Part shown: positions 38,375 to 49,215 of the stretch, in pieces | Position numbering within the stretch: the stretch's first letter is position 1 | Layout: every line of letters begins with the position of its first letter | DNA from: Pseudomonadota bacterium | Lineage (GTDB): Bacteria; Pseudomonadota; Alphaproteobacteria; Sphingomonadales; SMXR01 | DNA length: 61,764 nucleotides | Direction of reading: 5' to 3' | Assembly (NCBI GenBank): GCA_022566215.1 | Contig: JADFJJ010000005.1 | Location: 1-61,764 of the forward strand | Notes under the pieces: generated by a model | Told to the model about the DNA's origin: nothing | Databases searched by the model: none | The model's input: only the letters and a program-made list of their open reading frames with translations | Translations under genes and position numbers: made by a program

Positions 38375-41373
38375 CCACCCTGTTCAAAAAGGGAAGCAAC
38401 GTTTTTACCGTCCCCGCCGGGACGCCGTTTATTCCTGCGTTGCTGGACGGGTTGGAATACCTTCAAAACGACCAGAATATAGCAATTGAAGATATTACAG
38501 TTTTTTTCCCCAACCAGCGCGCGATCCAAACTTTCAAACGGCATATTCTTGACCGCAACAAAGGCCGCGCCACACTGTTGCCTACCTTAAAAGCCCTGCG
38601 TGACCTGGATGAGGAGGACCTGACCTTCGCCAGCTTGGTCCATCTGGAAGAAGACCTCAATCTCAGACCGGCGATAAAAGATCTAAGGCGGCGTTTTCTG
38701 TTGCAGGAGGAATTAAAAAACCTCCCCGGGATAGCCAGCCTCGGCCCCCTTTCCACCCAACAGCGCCTGCTGCTGGCGGGGGAACTGGCGAAACTGCTGG
38801 ACCAGATGCAAAACCAGGGAACGGATTTCCAGGACCTTGAAAACCTGGAGATGGAAAAGGAGCTGGCGGAGCATTGGCAGGGGGTTCTGGCCTTCCTCGG
38901 CGCCATCACCAGAAAATGGCCCAAAGTTCTGGAACAAAAAGGCCTGATAGACCCGGTCCAGCGGCGCACCGTGCTGATCGAAAAACTGGTTGAAACCTGG
39001 AAAAAAAGCCCGCCCGAAGGCCCGGTGATCGCCGCCGGCAGCACCGGGTCGGTACCAATAGTCCGGCGGCTGTTGAAAGCCATATCGGCGCTGCCCCGGG
39101 GGGCGGTGATTTTTCCCGGCTTTGACCGGAAAATGGAGCTGGAGGCATGGCAGGCCCTGGATGAAACCCATCCCCAGTTCATGATGAAGCAAACCCTGGC
39201 GGAATTTAACCTTCCCCGCGCAAAAGTCAGGATCTGGCCGTTCCCGGAAAAGAATGACGCCAGCCCCTTAAAGGCGCGGCTGGATTTCATACGCGAGGCG
39301 ATGCTGCCTGCCGTCACGACCGGGCGCTGGCACTTGAGAACAGCCGACCCGAAAAAATTAAAAAGTATCATCCGGGGACTGGACATCATCGATTGCCCGA
39401 CCCCGCGGGAAGAAGCCGGGGTGATCGCCCTGGTCATGCGCCATGCCCTGGAGGACAAGGACAAAAGAGCGGCGCTGGTCACCCCTGACCGGGCGCTGGC
39501 CAGACGGGTCAAGGCGGAACTGAGGCGCTGGGATATCGAGGTCGATGACAGCGCCGGAACCCCGCTGCTGCTGACCCCGCCGGGAATCTTTTTTTCGCTT
39601 TGCCTGAATATGGTGGCGGAAAAATTCGCACCGGTGCCAACCCTGGCGCTTTTAAAGCATCCGCTTGCGCGCTCGGGAATGACGCGTGAAAAACTCAGGC
39701 GCCTGGCCCGCGCCCTTGATAGTAAACCCTTGCGCGGAACCAGGCCGGCGGCCGGCATAAGGGGTCTGATGGCGGCGGTCGAGGCGGAAAAAAACCTTCC
39801 CAATAAAACCGGGTTGAAGGCCTTTCTTAAAACCTTGCGAAAAACCACCGGCAAGCTGGACGCCCTGGCGCACAGGAAAAAAGTCTCCTTTGCCAGCCTG
39901 CTCAACGCCCATATCCAGATGGCAATTGACCTCTCCAGCGATAATCAGGGCGAGGTAACGTTGTGGCGCGGCGAAAAGGGCCGCCAGTTTGCGGATTTTT
40001 TATCCGAATTACAGGGCCAGGCAGGCGCCCTTGGCGAGGTTGCGGGCAGTGAATATCCAGCCTTGATTGAAGCGCTGTTGCAGGAAAAAGTGGTGAAACC
40101 CCATTTGCAAACCCACCCCCGGCTGGCCATCCTGGGTACCCTGGAAGCGCGCCTGCAAAGCCCTGACCTGGTCATTCTGGGTGGGCTCAACGAAGGCAGT
40201 TGGCCGCCGGAGCCGGCCGCCGACCCATGGATGAGCCGTGAAATGAGAAAGCAAATCGGCCTGCCCACCCCGGACCAGCGGGTCGGGCAATCGGCGCATG
40301 ATTTTTACATGGCGTTTGGCGCCCCCGAAGTGGTCCTGACGCGGGCGGGAAAAGTGGGCGGCAGCCCGGCCACCGCCAGCCGATGGCTGCAACGCATGAC
40401 CGCGCTGCTGGGCCAGCCGGAGCTGACACGGGGAAGCAAAACCTGGCTTTCCCTGTACTTCTCGCTGGACCTTTCAGAGACCCAGATAGAGATTGAACCG
40501 CCCCGGCCAAGGCCAAACCTCGGCTTAAGACCGCGCAAGTTGTCGGTGACCAATATCGAGCTTTTAATGCGCGACCCCTATGCGGTTTTCGCCAAGCATA
40601 TATTAAAGCTGAAACCCCTGGATGACCTGGAAGCCGACCCCAGCGCCGCCGACAAGGGCATCATCCTGCATAAAATTTTCGAGCTCTTCATGAAGAAGGT
40701 GCAAACGCCCCTGCCGGATGATGCTCTTGATATATTGCTGGAGGAAGGACAGCGCATTTTCGACAAAAAGGCGCTCAGCCGGCCGATGGTCAAGGTGTTC
40801 TGGTGGCCGCGCTTTGTCCAGGTGGCCGAGGAATTTATTCAGCAACAGCGCCGCCGTGAGCAAACCCATAAAACCCTGGCGACAGAAGTGACCGGCGCTT
40901 TCAAGCTCAAGGATACACAAAAACCTTTTACCGTCACCGCCAAGGCCGACCGGATAGACCGGCTGGCGGAGGAAGGCCGGGCGGTCATTATCGATTACAA
41001 AACCGGGCGAACCGCGACCAGGGCGGAGGTTCAAACCGGACGCAAACCACAGCTGGCGCTGGAAGGGGTGATGGCCCTTGAGGGAGGGTTCAAGGACATT
41101 CCGGCAATGACCGTTTCAACCCTGGAATACTGGAAAATGGGAGCCGCGGCCAAACCTTTGCAAATTGGCTTCCCCAAGATTGACATCGCCGCCGCCATTG
41201 AAGAGGCGCGGGCCGGCATCAGCGCCCTGGTCAATTATTTTGACGATCAAACCAGCCCCTATCTCGCCACCCCGGACCCGGACTTCTCCTCTTACGGCGA
41301 GTACGACCTGCTGGCCCGGACCGCGGAATGGCAAAACCGCCTGAAAGACAGCAGCAAAGGGGCCAAGAGATGA
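38371..41373 (+). CDS. addB: double-strand break repair protein AddB (alphaproteobacterial type)
   Basis: 1000 aa; C-terminal PD-(D/E)xK nuclease (ADRIDR...IIDYKTG); ATGA overlaps at both ends. Confidence 0.9.
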   Translation: MTTLFKKGSNVFTVPAGTPFIPALLDGLEYLQNDQNIAIEDITVFFPNQRAIQTFKRHILDRNKGRATLLPTLKALRDLDEEDLTFASLVHLEEDLNLRPAIKDLRRRFLLQEELKNLPGIASLGPLSTQQRLLLAGELAKLLDQMQNQGTDFQDLENLEMEKELAEHWQGVLAFLGAITRKWPKVLEQKGLIDPVQRRTVLIEKLVETWKKSPPEGPVIAAGSTGSVPIVRRLLKAISALPRGAVIFPGFDRKMELEAWQALDETHPQFMMKQTLAEFNLPRAKVRIWPFPEKNDASPLKARLDFIREAMLPAVTTGRWHLRTADPKKLKSIIRGLDIIDCPTPREEAGVIALVMRHALEDKDKRAALVTPDRALARRVKAELRRWDIEVDDSAGTPLLLTPPGIFFSLCLNMVAEKFAPVPTLALLKHPLARSGMTREKLRRLARALDSKPLRGTRPAAGIRGLMAAVEAEKNLPNKTGLKAFLKTLRKTTGKLDALAHRKKVSFASLLNAHIQMAIDLSSDNQGEVTLWRGEKGRQFADFLSELQGQAGALGEVAGSEYPALIEALLQEKVVKPHLQTHPRLAILGTLEARLQSPDLVILGGLNEGSWPPEPAADPWMSREMRKQIGLPTPDQRVGQSAHDFYMAFGAPEVVLTRAGKVGGSPATASRWLQRMTALLGQPELTRGSKTWLSLYFSLDLSETQIEIEPPRPRPNLGLRPRKLSVTNIELLMRDPYAVFAKHILKLKPLDDLEADPSAADKGIILHKIFELFMKKVQTPLPDDALDILLEEGQRIFDKKALSRPMVKVFWWPRFVQVAEEFIQQQRRREQTHKTLATEVTGAFKLKDTQKPFTVTAKADRIDRLAEEGRAVIIDYKTGRTATRAEVQTGRKPQLALEGVMALEGGFKDIPAMTVSTLEYWKMGAAAKPLQIGFPKIDIAAAIEEARAGISALVNYFDDQTSPYLATPDPDFSSYGEYDLLARTAEWQNRLKDSSKGAKR

Positions 41374-44300
41374 GCTTTGGGCTTACCAAAGACCAGATAT
41401 TCGCCGCCCGGCCGGACCTCAATGTCTGGGTCGAGGCCTCGGCCGGAACCGGAAAGACCCACGTTCTGACCGCCCGGGTGCTGCGCATGATGGTCCGGGG
41501 CACCCCGCCCGGCCATATCCTTGGCCTGACCTACACCAAGGCGGCGGCGGCCGAGATGGCCGCCAGGGTCTATAAAATCCTTGGCCAATGGGCGATGATC
41601 CGGGAAGCGGAGCTGGCCGCTGAGATTTTCAAATCCACCGGAGAAAAGGCGTCGGATCAAGCCCTGCAACGCGCCCGCACCCTGTTCGCCACAGTGCTGG
41701 ACATCCCCGGGGGCCTGAAAATCCAGACCATCCATTCCTTTTGCCAGTCGCTTTTGAAGCGCTTTCCGCTGGAAGCGGGCCTGCCCCCCCACTTTGCCGT
41801 GATGGAAGAGCGAACCTCGGGGGAATACCTGAAACAGGCCATGGATGAGGTCATGCTGGCGGCCACCGAAGGGGGTGACGCCAGCCTGAAAGAAGCCTTC
41901 GACCATATCGCCACCCGGGAAGCGGAAAGCGGTTTCGAAGGGCTGGTCGGCTCTTTCCTTGGCAAACGCCGGAAAGTATTGAAGCTGCTGCAAATCTATT
42001 CCGGAATAGAGGGACTGATCAGCGCCACTTACCGGGCGCTGGGGGTTGATAAAAATATGACCCATGAAGGTCTGATTGAGGCAGCGGTACGGGACCCCGG
42101 CTTCGATGAAAAGGGGCTGGAACGTCTGTTCAAGATCATTTTGGAGGGGTCGGCCAAAGAGAAAACCAATGCCAAATATATGGCCCCCTTCTTTGCCGAT
42201 AAAAAAAATCGGCGCGCGCATTTTGAAACTTACTGCAAGGCCTTTTTCAAGCAAGATGGTGAGGTCAGAAAACCATTTTTTGTCAACGCCACGCTGGACG
42301 AGCATCCGGACTTGCCAGAGATATTTCTGGCGGAACAGAAACGGCTGGCCGGGGTTCGCGAACGCCTCTTTTTGCTCGAGGCCGCACAAGACACATCGGC
42401 CCTGATCCGCCTCGGCAGCACAATCCTGGCCCGCTACCAGAAAGCCAAGGAGGCCCACGGCCTGCTCGATTATGATGACCTGATTTTGAAAACCTCGAGC
42501 CTGCTGGAGCGGGAGGGGATTACGCCCTGGATACTCTACAAGCTGGATGGCGGCATCGATCATATCCTGGTCGATGAAGCCCAGGACACCAACCAGATCC
42601 AGTGGCAGCTGGTGGAAGCCCTGAGCGATGAATTTTTCTCGGGGCTGGGCGGCCGGGAAGGTTTGCTCAGGACTGTTTTCGCGGTCGGCGACCTGAAGCA
42701 ATCGATCTACCGCTTCCAGGGCGCTGAACCGAAGGCGTTTGAAGAGGCCAAAGTCCGGCTGGCCAAAAAGGCGCGTGACGCCGGCCTGGCGCTGGAGGAT
42801 TGCGTGCTCAACACTTCATATCGGTCGACCGGGGCGGTCCTGAAGGCGGTTGACGCGGTCTTTCTTCACCCCGGGACCAGAAACGGCATTGTCCGCGGGG
42901 ACCAGGCCGTGACCCACCTCGCTCACCGGCTGGGCCAGCATGGCCTGATAGAAGTCTGGCCGCCGGAACGTCCCGGGGTTAAAGACACCCCAAAGCCCGG
43001 CTGGCGGCTTCCCAATGAGCAAAAATTCGTGCACACGCCGGCGGCCCGCCTGGCGGAAAAGATCGCCGGCCATATCGAGCAGATGATCAAAGGGAAAGAA
43101 CACCTGAAATCCCGCGGGCGGGCGGTGCGTTATGGCGATTTCCTGGTGCTGGTCGAAACCCGGGACGATTTCATGGACCATCTGATCCGCGAGCTGAAGG
43201 GGCGCAAAATCCCGGTCGCCGGCAGCGACCGGATGGTGCTGGCGGACCAGCTGGCGATCCAGGACCTGGCCGCCCTGGCCGGTTTCACCCTGCTACCGGG
43301 GGATGATTATAACCTGGCCTGTGTGCTCAAGGGGCCGCTGTTGAATTTTGATGATGACGATTTGCTGGCCCTGGCGCCAGGCCGCTCGGGCTCTTTGTGG
43401 CGGGCCCTGGAAGACCAGGCCAAAACCAGTCCCAAATACCGCCCGGCGGTGACATTTCTGAAGACGCTTCTAGCGATGCTGGGCGGGGAAACGCCGTTTG
43501 ATTTCTTTTCCCGGGTACTCGGCCCCCTGAAGGGCCGGAAGCGGTTGGTCCGGCGCCTGGGATTTGAGGTGAACGATCCGCTGGATGAGTTTTTGTCGCT
43601 GGCGCTGGAGTTTGAGCAAAACCACACGCCCTCCCTGCAGGGGTTCCTGAAATGGTTCGGGGCCGGCAAAACCAAGATCAAGCGTGATATGGAGCGCGGC
43701 AAAAACGAAGTGCGGATCATGACCATTCATGGCGCCAAGGGGCTGGAGGCCCCGGTTGTGTACTTGCCCGACACCTTCAAGGTGGCCAGAAAGCGGCGCA
43801 CCGACCTGCTTGAGATTCCTCCCCGTTTTCAAGTCCCGGGCGGCGGCGAATACCTGCTGGTGTGGGCCAGGGCCAAGGAAATGCATGCCGGACCCTGCAA
43901 AATCGCCAGGGAGGTCTTTCTTGATGAAGAGCGGGCGGAGCATAACCGGCTCTTGTATGTCGCCCTGACCCGGGCCGAGGATCGCCTTTATATTTGCGGC
44001 TGGACCGGCATATCCACGCCCAAGGATGCGACCTGGTACGGCTGTATCCGGGAAGCGCTGGAAGACCTGGAGGGGGTTGAAAAAATCGATACCGGCGGCG
44101 AGCTGGCGCTGCTCCGTCTGGAAAGCCCGCAAACCGCCCGGCCCAAACCGGATGATAAAAAAATGCCGGGCCGGGCCGAGGCGATTTCCCTGCCCGCCTG
44201 GGCCACCAGCGCTCCCAAAAAAGAGGCCGGGATGGGAACCCTGGTGCGGCCGTCCCGCCAGCATGAACAGGAGATTGCCTTTTCGCTTGCCCATAATGGG

Positions 44301-44795
44301 GAAGCTGAGCGGGCCAGGGCGCGGGGCAATATAATCCACAAACTGCTGGAGGTTTTGCCCGGATTGCCGGCGGAAAAGCGGGAAGGCAGCGCCCGCGCCT
44401 ATCTCGCCCAGAAAGACAAGGCCCTGACCCGCAAGCAACAGGATGACATCTGGAATAAAGTAAAAGGGGTGTTGGAGCATCCCGAATACAGTTTTATTTT
44501 CGGCCCCGGCAGCCGCGGGGAGGTGGCTTTAGCCGGGACCATTGAAGGAAATTTTATCTCCGCCCAGATTGACCGGCTGGTGGTGGAAAAGGATCGGATT
44601 ACCCTGGTCGATTACAAATCAGACCGCCGGGTTCCCGAAACTGTAGCGGCCGCGCCGAGGGAATACCTTCAGCAAATCGGCCTTTACCGGGAGCTTCTGA
44701 AAGACCTCTACCCAGGGCGCGAGATCCGGGCGGCGCTGCTGTGGACCGAGGATTGCACCTGGATGATTGTTCCTGAACAAATCATAAAAAAGTGA
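41370..44795 (+). CDS. addA: double-strand break repair helicase AddA
   Basis: Start at ATG 41370; UvrD-type Walker A ASAGTGKTHVL; C-terminal nuclease (QIDRLVV...LVDYKSD). Confidence 0.92.
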   Translation: MSFGLTKDQIFAARPDLNVWVEASAGTGKTHVLTARVLRMMVRGTPPGHILGLTYTKAAAAEMAARVYKILGQWAMIREAELAAEIFKSTGEKASDQALQRARTLFATVLDIPGGLKIQTIHSFCQSLLKRFPLEAGLPPHFAVMEERTSGEYLKQAMDEVMLAATEGGDASLKEAFDHIATREAESGFEGLVGSFLGKRRKVLKLLQIYSGIEGLISATYRALGVDKNMTHEGLIEAAVRDPGFDEKGLERLFKIILEGSAKEKTNAKYMAPFFADKKNRRAHFETYCKAFFKQDGEVRKPFFVNATLDEHPDLPEIFLAEQKRLAGVRERLFLLEAAQDTSALIRLGSTILARYQKAKEAHGLLDYDDLILKTSSLLEREGITPWILYKLDGGIDHILVDEAQDTNQIQWQLVEALSDEFFSGLGGREGLLRTVFAVGDLKQSIYRFQGAEPKAFEEAKVRLAKKARDAGLALEDCVLNTSYRSTGAVLKAVDAVFLHPGTRNGIVRGDQAVTHLAHRLGQHGLIEVWPPERPGVKDTPKPGWRLPNEQKFVHTPAARLAEKIAGHIEQMIKGKEHLKSRGRAVRYGDFLVLVETRDDFMDHLIRELKGRKIPVAGSDRMVLADQLAIQDLAALAGFTLLPGDDYNLACVLKGPLLNFDDDDLLALAPGRSGSLWRALEDQAKTSPKYRPAVTFLKTLLAMLGGETPFDFFSRVLGPLKGRKRLVRRLGFEVNDPLDEFLSLALEFEQNHTPSLQGFLKWFGAGKTKIKRDMERGKNEVRIMTIHGAKGLEAPVVYLPDTFKVARKRRTDLLEIPPRFQVPGGGEYLLVWARAKEMHAGPCKIAREVFLDEERAEHNRLLYVALTRAEDRLYICGWTGISTPKDATWYGCIREALEDLEGVEKIDTGGELALLRLESPQTARPKPDDKKMPGRAEAISLPAWATSAPKKEAGMGTLVRPSRQHEQEIAFSLAHNGEAERARARGNIIHKLLEVLPGLPAEKREGSARAYLAQKDKALTRKQQDDIWNKVKGVLEHPEYSFIFGPGSRGEVALAGTIEGNFISAQIDRLVVEKDRITLVDYKSDRRVPETVAAAPREYLQQIGLYRELLKDLYPGREIRAALLWTEDCTWMIVPEQIIKK

Positions 44796-44800
44796 AGCTA

Positions 44801-44829
44801 TTGACGAACCACTAACCAGTTCCTAAATA
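44801..44829 (+). promoter_or_regulatory. candidate sigma70-type promoter for trxA
   Basis: TTGACG-17 bp-TAAATA about 50 nt upstream of the trxA ATG. Confidence 0.35.
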
Positions 44830-44881
44830 TTGAAAACCAGCCGCGGCCAGAGGCCGGATAAAAATAGAAAGGGTGCCCCCC

Positions 44882-45202
44882 ATGGCAATTATCAAGGTTA
44901 CCGACGAAAGCTTCGAGGCCGACGTCCTGAAATCGGAAAAACCCGTCCTGGTGGATTACTGGGCGGAATGGTGCGGCCCGTGCCGCCAGATCGCGCCAGC
45001 GCTGGAGGAAGTGGCCTCCGAGATGGACAGCATCACTATCGCCAAAATGAATATCGACGAAAATCCTGAAACCCCGTCCGGGATGGGGGTGCGCGGCATC
45101 CCGACCCTGATGATTTTCAAGGGCGGTGAACTGGTCGGCACCAAAGTAGGCGTGCAAAGCAAAAGTCAGTTGTTAAACTGGATCGGCGCGACCGTCGGTT
45201 AA
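44882..45202 (+). CDS. trxA: thioredoxin
   Basis: ATG 44882 within ORF 44873..45202; WAEWCGPC active site. Confidence 0.95.
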   Translation: MAIIKVTDESFEADVLKSEKPVLVDYWAEWCGPCRQIAPALEEVASEMDSITIAKMNIDENPETPSGMGVRGIPTLMIFKGGELVGTKVGVQSKSQLLNWIGATVG

Positions 45203-45226
45203 TTTGAATTTTCCGGAAAATAAACC

Positions 45227-45252
45227 AGCGCCCCTCCGGGGGCGTTTTTTTT
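45227..45252 (+). terminator. rho-independent terminator after trxA
   Basis: AGCGCCCC-TCCG-GGGGCGTT stem followed by a T-run. Confidence 0.7.
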
Positions 45253-46568
45253 CAGGAGACTGAATACCCAATATCCCGCAGCACCTGGCCGGCCAGGTAG
45301 AGCGATCCGGTGATCAGGATTTGCGGTGCCGGCTCTTTTGCCCTGGCTGAAATTTTTTTCAGGGCGCCATTGACGTTTCCGGCTTTAGTTGTCTCAAATC
45401 CCAGCCCCCTGGCGGCCCGGCACAATTGTTCCGGGGCGGCACCTTTGTCCTTGCCCGGCACCGGGACCGCAGTGAAGAAATCAAACAGCGGCGCCAGCAG
45501 CGTTAAAAACCCTTCCCTATCCTTGCTCTCCATCATGCCGGCAATCAAAAAGCGCGGCCGTTCCCGGTCCAGGACCCCGGGCAAAAGCTTCGCCAGCGCC
45601 CGGCTGGCCAGCGGGTTGTGCCCGCCATCGAGCCATATCTCCGTACCCTTGGGGAAAGAGATGGAAAAATCCTCGGTCCGCAGTTTCTGAAAGCGCGCCG
45701 GCCAGGAGGTGGTCCGCACCCCTTGCCGAATCGCCGCCCCGGACACCTTGAAAGCACTCTGGGCAAAAAGCGCGGCCACCGCCAAAGCGGCATTGTGCGC
45801 CTGGTGTTCCCCGGCAAGAGCAGGCCGGGGCAGGGTTATGCTTTTTCCAAAGCCAGAAAATTCCAAGCCGTCAAGGCGCCAGTTACGGCCCTCCAGGAGT
45901 AATGGCGCGCCAACCTTCCTGGCCTGATTTTCAATCACCGCCAGGGCCCCGGCTTGCTGGGCGGCGGCCACCAGCGGCACCCCCGCCTTGGCGATCCCGG
46001 CCTTTTCCCGGGCGACCGATTTCAGATCATCCCCGAGGAACACCGCATGGTCGAGACCGACCGGGGTGATAATCGTCACCAGCGGCTTTTCGATTACATT
46101 GGTAGCGTCCAGCCGCCCGCCGAGACCCACTTCCAGGAGACACACATCAGCAGGAGTTTCGGAAAACGCCAGGAAGGCGGCGGCGGTGGTCACTTCGAAA
46201 AAGGTAATCGGCTGGCCATTATTGGCGGCCTCGACCCGGCCCAGAATATCCACCAGATTATCTTCCCCGATCAAGTTACCGGCAATCCGGATCCGTTCGC
46301 GGAACGAAACCAGATGGGGCGAGGTATAGACATGAACCCTGAGACCGGCGGCCTCCAGGATGGCCCTCAGAAAAGCCACCACCGATCCCTTGCCGTTGGT
46401 CCCGGCGACATGAATAATCGCGGGCAGTTTCCGCTCCGGGTTTGCCAAATGTTTCAGCAACCGCTCAAGGCGGCCCAATGATAAGTCAATTTTCAGAGGA
46501 AAGAATTGATAAAGCCGTGACAGCGCCTGATCCAGCCGGGTTTCACCGGAAGGTTTTGTCCGGGGCAT
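45252..46568 (-). CDS. folC: bifunctional folylpolyglutamate synthase / dihydrofolate synthase
   Basis: 438 aa; HVAGTNGKGS P-loop. Confidence 0.92.
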   Translation of the reverse strand: MPRTKPSGETRLDQALSRLYQFFPLKIDLSLGRLERLLKHLANPERKLPAIIHVAGTNGKGSVVAFLRAILEAAGLRVHVYTSPHLVSFRERIRIAGNLIGEDNLVDILGRVEAANNGQPITFFEVTTAAAFLAFSETPADVCLLEVGLGGRLDATNVIEKPLVTIITPVGLDHAVFLGDDLKSVAREKAGIAKAGVPLVAAAQQAGALAVIENQARKVGAPLLLEGRNWRLDGLEFSGFGKSITLPRPALAGEHQAHNAALAVAALFAQSAFKVSGAAIRQGVRTTSWPARFQKLRTEDFSISFPKGTEIWLDGGHNPLASRALAKLLPGVLDRERPRFLIAGMMESKDREGFLTLLAPLFDFFTAVPVPGKDKGAAPEQLCRAARGLGFETTKAGNVNGALKKISARAKEPAPQILITGSLYLAGQVLRDIGYSVS

Positions 46569-46579
46569 CGCTTTTTGAA

Positions 46580-47464
46580 TTACCCGGCGGCGCGGGCGCG
46601 GAGCTTGGGCGGGGCGCCATCGCGGCTGACCAGCGACAGGATGCGAACCAGGGTATCGCGCAGGTCCCTGCGGTGAACCACCATATCGAGCATACCGTGA
46701 TCGAAAAGGTATTCAGAGCGCTGGAACCCTTCAGGCAATTTTTCACGGATGGTGCTTTCAATCACCCGGGGGCCGGCAAAGCCGATCAGCGCGCCAGGTT
46801 CGGCCAGCTGGATGTCCCCCAGCATGGCATAGGAGGCGGTCACTCCGCCGGTGGTAGGATCGGTCAGGACGACAATATAGGGAAGGCCGGCCTCGTGCAG
46901 CATCCCGATCGCGACCGTGGTCCGGGGCATCTGCATCAGGGACAGTATCCCCTCCTGCATGCGGGCGCCGCCGGCCGAGGTGAAGATGATAAACGGTGCG
47001 TTTTTTTCAAGCGCGGTGTTGACCGCACCAATAAAGGCATCGCCCACCGCCACTCCCATCGAGCCCGCCATGAAGAAAAAGTTCTGGACCGCGATCACCG
47101 CCAGAGCGCCGCCCAGGCGCCCGAACGCCGCCTGCAGGGCATCCTGGTCGCCGGTCCTGGCGCGGGCCTCCTTGAGGCGGTCGGGGTATTTCTTTTTGTC
47201 CCTGAATTTCAGCGGATCATCCTTTACCGGCGGGTTGGAAATGCGCTGGTACTTTTTGTCGTCGAACAGCATATCAAACCGGTCAACGGGACCGATCCGG
47301 CCGTGATGGCCGCACTTGGCGCAAACCGAAAGATTGGCGACATATTCCTTAAAAAAAATCAGGTGGCCGCAGCCATCGCACTTGTGCCACAGGTTGTCGG
47401 GCGTGTCCGAGCGCCTCAACACCGCGCTCAGTTTCGGTTTTACGTAATTAGTCAGCCAGTTCAT
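46580..47464 (-). CDS. accD: acetyl-CoA carboxylase carboxyltransferase beta subunit
   Basis: 294 aa; N-terminal zinc ribbon CDGCGH...CAKCGHH. Confidence 0.95.
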   Translation of the reverse strand: MNWLTNYVKPKLSAVLRRSDTPDNLWHKCDGCGHLIFFKEYVANLSVCAKCGHHGRIGPVDRFDMLFDDKKYQRISNPPVKDDPLKFRDKKKYPDRLKEARARTGDQDALQAAFGRLGGALAVIAVQNFFFMAGSMGVAVGDAFIGAVNTALEKNAPFIIFTSAGGARMQEGILSLMQMPRTTVAIGMLHEAGLPYIVVLTDPTTGGVTASYAMLGDIQLAEPGALIGFAGPRVIESTIREKLPEGFQRSEYLFDHGMLDMVVHRRDLRDTLVRILSLVSRDGAPPKLRARAAG

Positions 47465-47518
47465 GGTCTTGTCCTTGCCTGTTTGGCCCCGAAGGCGGGC
47501 TCCCTGTTTATCAGCTTT

Positions 47519-48226
47519 TTAATCCTGCGCCAAGCTTGCAGCGATTTCGCGGGCCGCGGCAGCCGGATCAGGGGCGCCGGTTATCGGCCGCCCGATGACC
47601 AAAAAGTCCGCCCCCAGGTCGCTTGCCTGCTTCGGGGTCATGACCCGTTTCTGGTCTCCCTTGCCGGCGCCCTCGGGGCGGATGCCGGCCACAACAAGCG
47701 TCAATCCGGGGCCAAATTCCTTCCTGAGGCGAGCAATCTCAAAGGGCGAACAGACAACCCCGCCAAGCCCGCATTCAAGCGCAAGGCCGGTCAGTTTTTC
47801 CACCTGGTCGCCCGGGGTTGCGTACACTCCGGTTTTTTTCAGGTCTTCCTGATCGAGGCTGGTCATAACCGTAACGCCAAGCAGCAGCGGCGGATTATCC
47901 CAATCCTTTGCCGCTGCGGCGGCGGCTTGCATCATGGCCGGGCCGCCCGCGGTGTGAATGGTCAGCAATGCCGGGTTTAAAGGCTTAAGCGCCCGGACCG
48001 CGGCGGCGACAGTGTTTGGTATATCGTGGAGTTTCAAATCGAGGAACAGCGGCAGGCCGCATTCGGAAACCCTCATCACTCCCGCCGGGCCTTGCGCCGC
48101 ATAAAATTCCAGGCCGGCTTTCAGCCCCCCTACCGAACCTTTAAGGGTGTCGGCCAATTCCAGGGCGCGATCCAGATCAGGCGTGTCCAGCGCGCAAAAT
48201 ATTTTATCCTTATGGGGTGTGGTCAT
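47519..48226 (-). CDS. pyrF: orotidine 5'-phosphate decarboxylase
   Basis: 235 aa; FLDLKLHDIPNT motif. Confidence 0.93.
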   Translation of the reverse strand: MTTPHKDKIFCALDTPDLDRALELADTLKGSVGGLKAGLEFYAAQGPAGVMRVSECGLPLFLDLKLHDIPNTVAAAVRALKPLNPALLTIHTAGGPAMMQAAAAAAKDWDNPPLLLGVTVMTSLDQEDLKKTGVYATPGDQVEKLTGLALECGLGGVVCSPFEIARLRKEFGPGLTLVVAGIRPEGAGKGDQKRVMTPKQASDLGADFLVIGRPITGAPDPAAAAREIAASLAQD

Positions 48227-48244
48227 AAAGCCTCCGGGACAGAC

Positions 48245-48619
48245 TTAATGAGCCTGATTCCGTTTGGCAAGTTTTCTTGTCTGGCCCGGGGAACTTTCGA
48301 TGTAATCCTTTTGCTCGACCTTGGGCGGCTTTTTATCCAGTTCGCTTTCCAGGGTGTCAATTTCCTTTGATTGCTTGTCGGCCTCTTTTTTGGCGCCGCG
48401 CATGTCCACATAATGGCGTACCCCCTTGAACGCCAGCAGAATGCCCGCCAGAAAAAGACCGACAAATATTCCGGCGAAAAAAACAAAAAACAAAGGCACC
48501 TCTGATATCTCTATGGGAAATGGCCACAAGCTGACGGTTACCGGTTCCCGGTTGGCGACGGAGATAATCACCAACAGGATTGAAAGCAGGATCAGCGGTA
48601 CCGATTTAAACGTTTTCAT
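48245..48619 (-). CDS. lapA: LapA-domain (DUF1049) inner-membrane protein
   Basis: 124 aa; two N-terminal helices then a charged coiled tail; between ihfB and pyrF as in other alphaproteobacteria. Confidence 0.7.
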   Translation of the reverse strand: MKTFKSVPLILLSILLVIISVANREPVTVSLWPFPIEISEVPLFFVFFAGIFVGLFLAGILLAFKGVRHYVDMRGAKKEADKQSKEIDTLESELDKKPPKVEQKDYIESSPGQTRKLAKRNQAH

Positions 48620-48704
48620 CCCTTGCCCTAGTGTGGTTGAGGTTCAGCGAACATGTCTTGATAAGAAAGTAACGCCAAATCAGGCGGGGTGCGAGTAAAA
48701 ACGT

Positions 48705-48986
48705 TTATTTTCCGTTCAACCGTTCACGCAGGTCTTTTCCGGTTTTGAAGTGCGGGGTATATTTTACCTCAACCTGAACCGCCTCCCCGGTTTTGGGATT
48801 GCGCCCCACCCGGGCTTCGCGCTTTTTGACCGAAAAGGCGCCAAAGCCTCTGAGCTCGACCCGCTCACCCCGGGCCAGGGCGTCGGTTATGGAATCAAAA
48901 AAGGTGCTGACGATGCGCTCAACATCCCGCTGATAGAGATGCGGGTTGTCCTTTGCGAGTTTTGCGATGAGTTCCGACTTAATCAT
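48705..48986 (-). CDS. ihfB: integration host factor beta subunit
   Basis: Internal ATG 48986 ([11 protein letters not shown]...); GRNPKTGE arm motif; the 118-aa track ORF over-extends at the 5' end. Confidence 0.92.
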   Translation of the reverse strand: MIKSELIAKLAKDNPHLYQRDVERIVSTFFDSITDALARGERVELRGFGAFSVKKREARVGRNPKTGEAVQVEVKYTPHFKTGKDLRERLNGK

Positions 48987-49151
48987 AATTCTATTTGCAA
49001 ATAATAGCGTTTGCGCCAGGTACCCCCCTTGATGGAACTTTCGGAAACCAAAACCTGCCAAAGCCGGACCCCCCCGTCAAGGGTTAGCAAGGCCAATTTT
49101 GTTTTTTTTATCAATATGTTGCAAGAAAATCGCTTATTCCGGAAAAAACCG

Positions 49152-49193
49152 TAAAAAAACCGGGAGCGGGTGTTTTAAAAACCCGTCCCCCGG
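49152..49193 (-). terminator. probable rho-independent terminator after rpsA
   Basis: On the minus strand: CCGGGGGACGGGT...ACCCGCTCCCGG imperfect stem followed by T7. Confidence 0.55.
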
Positions 49194-49215
49194 CCTGAAT
49201 TTTTAAAATTCCGGT

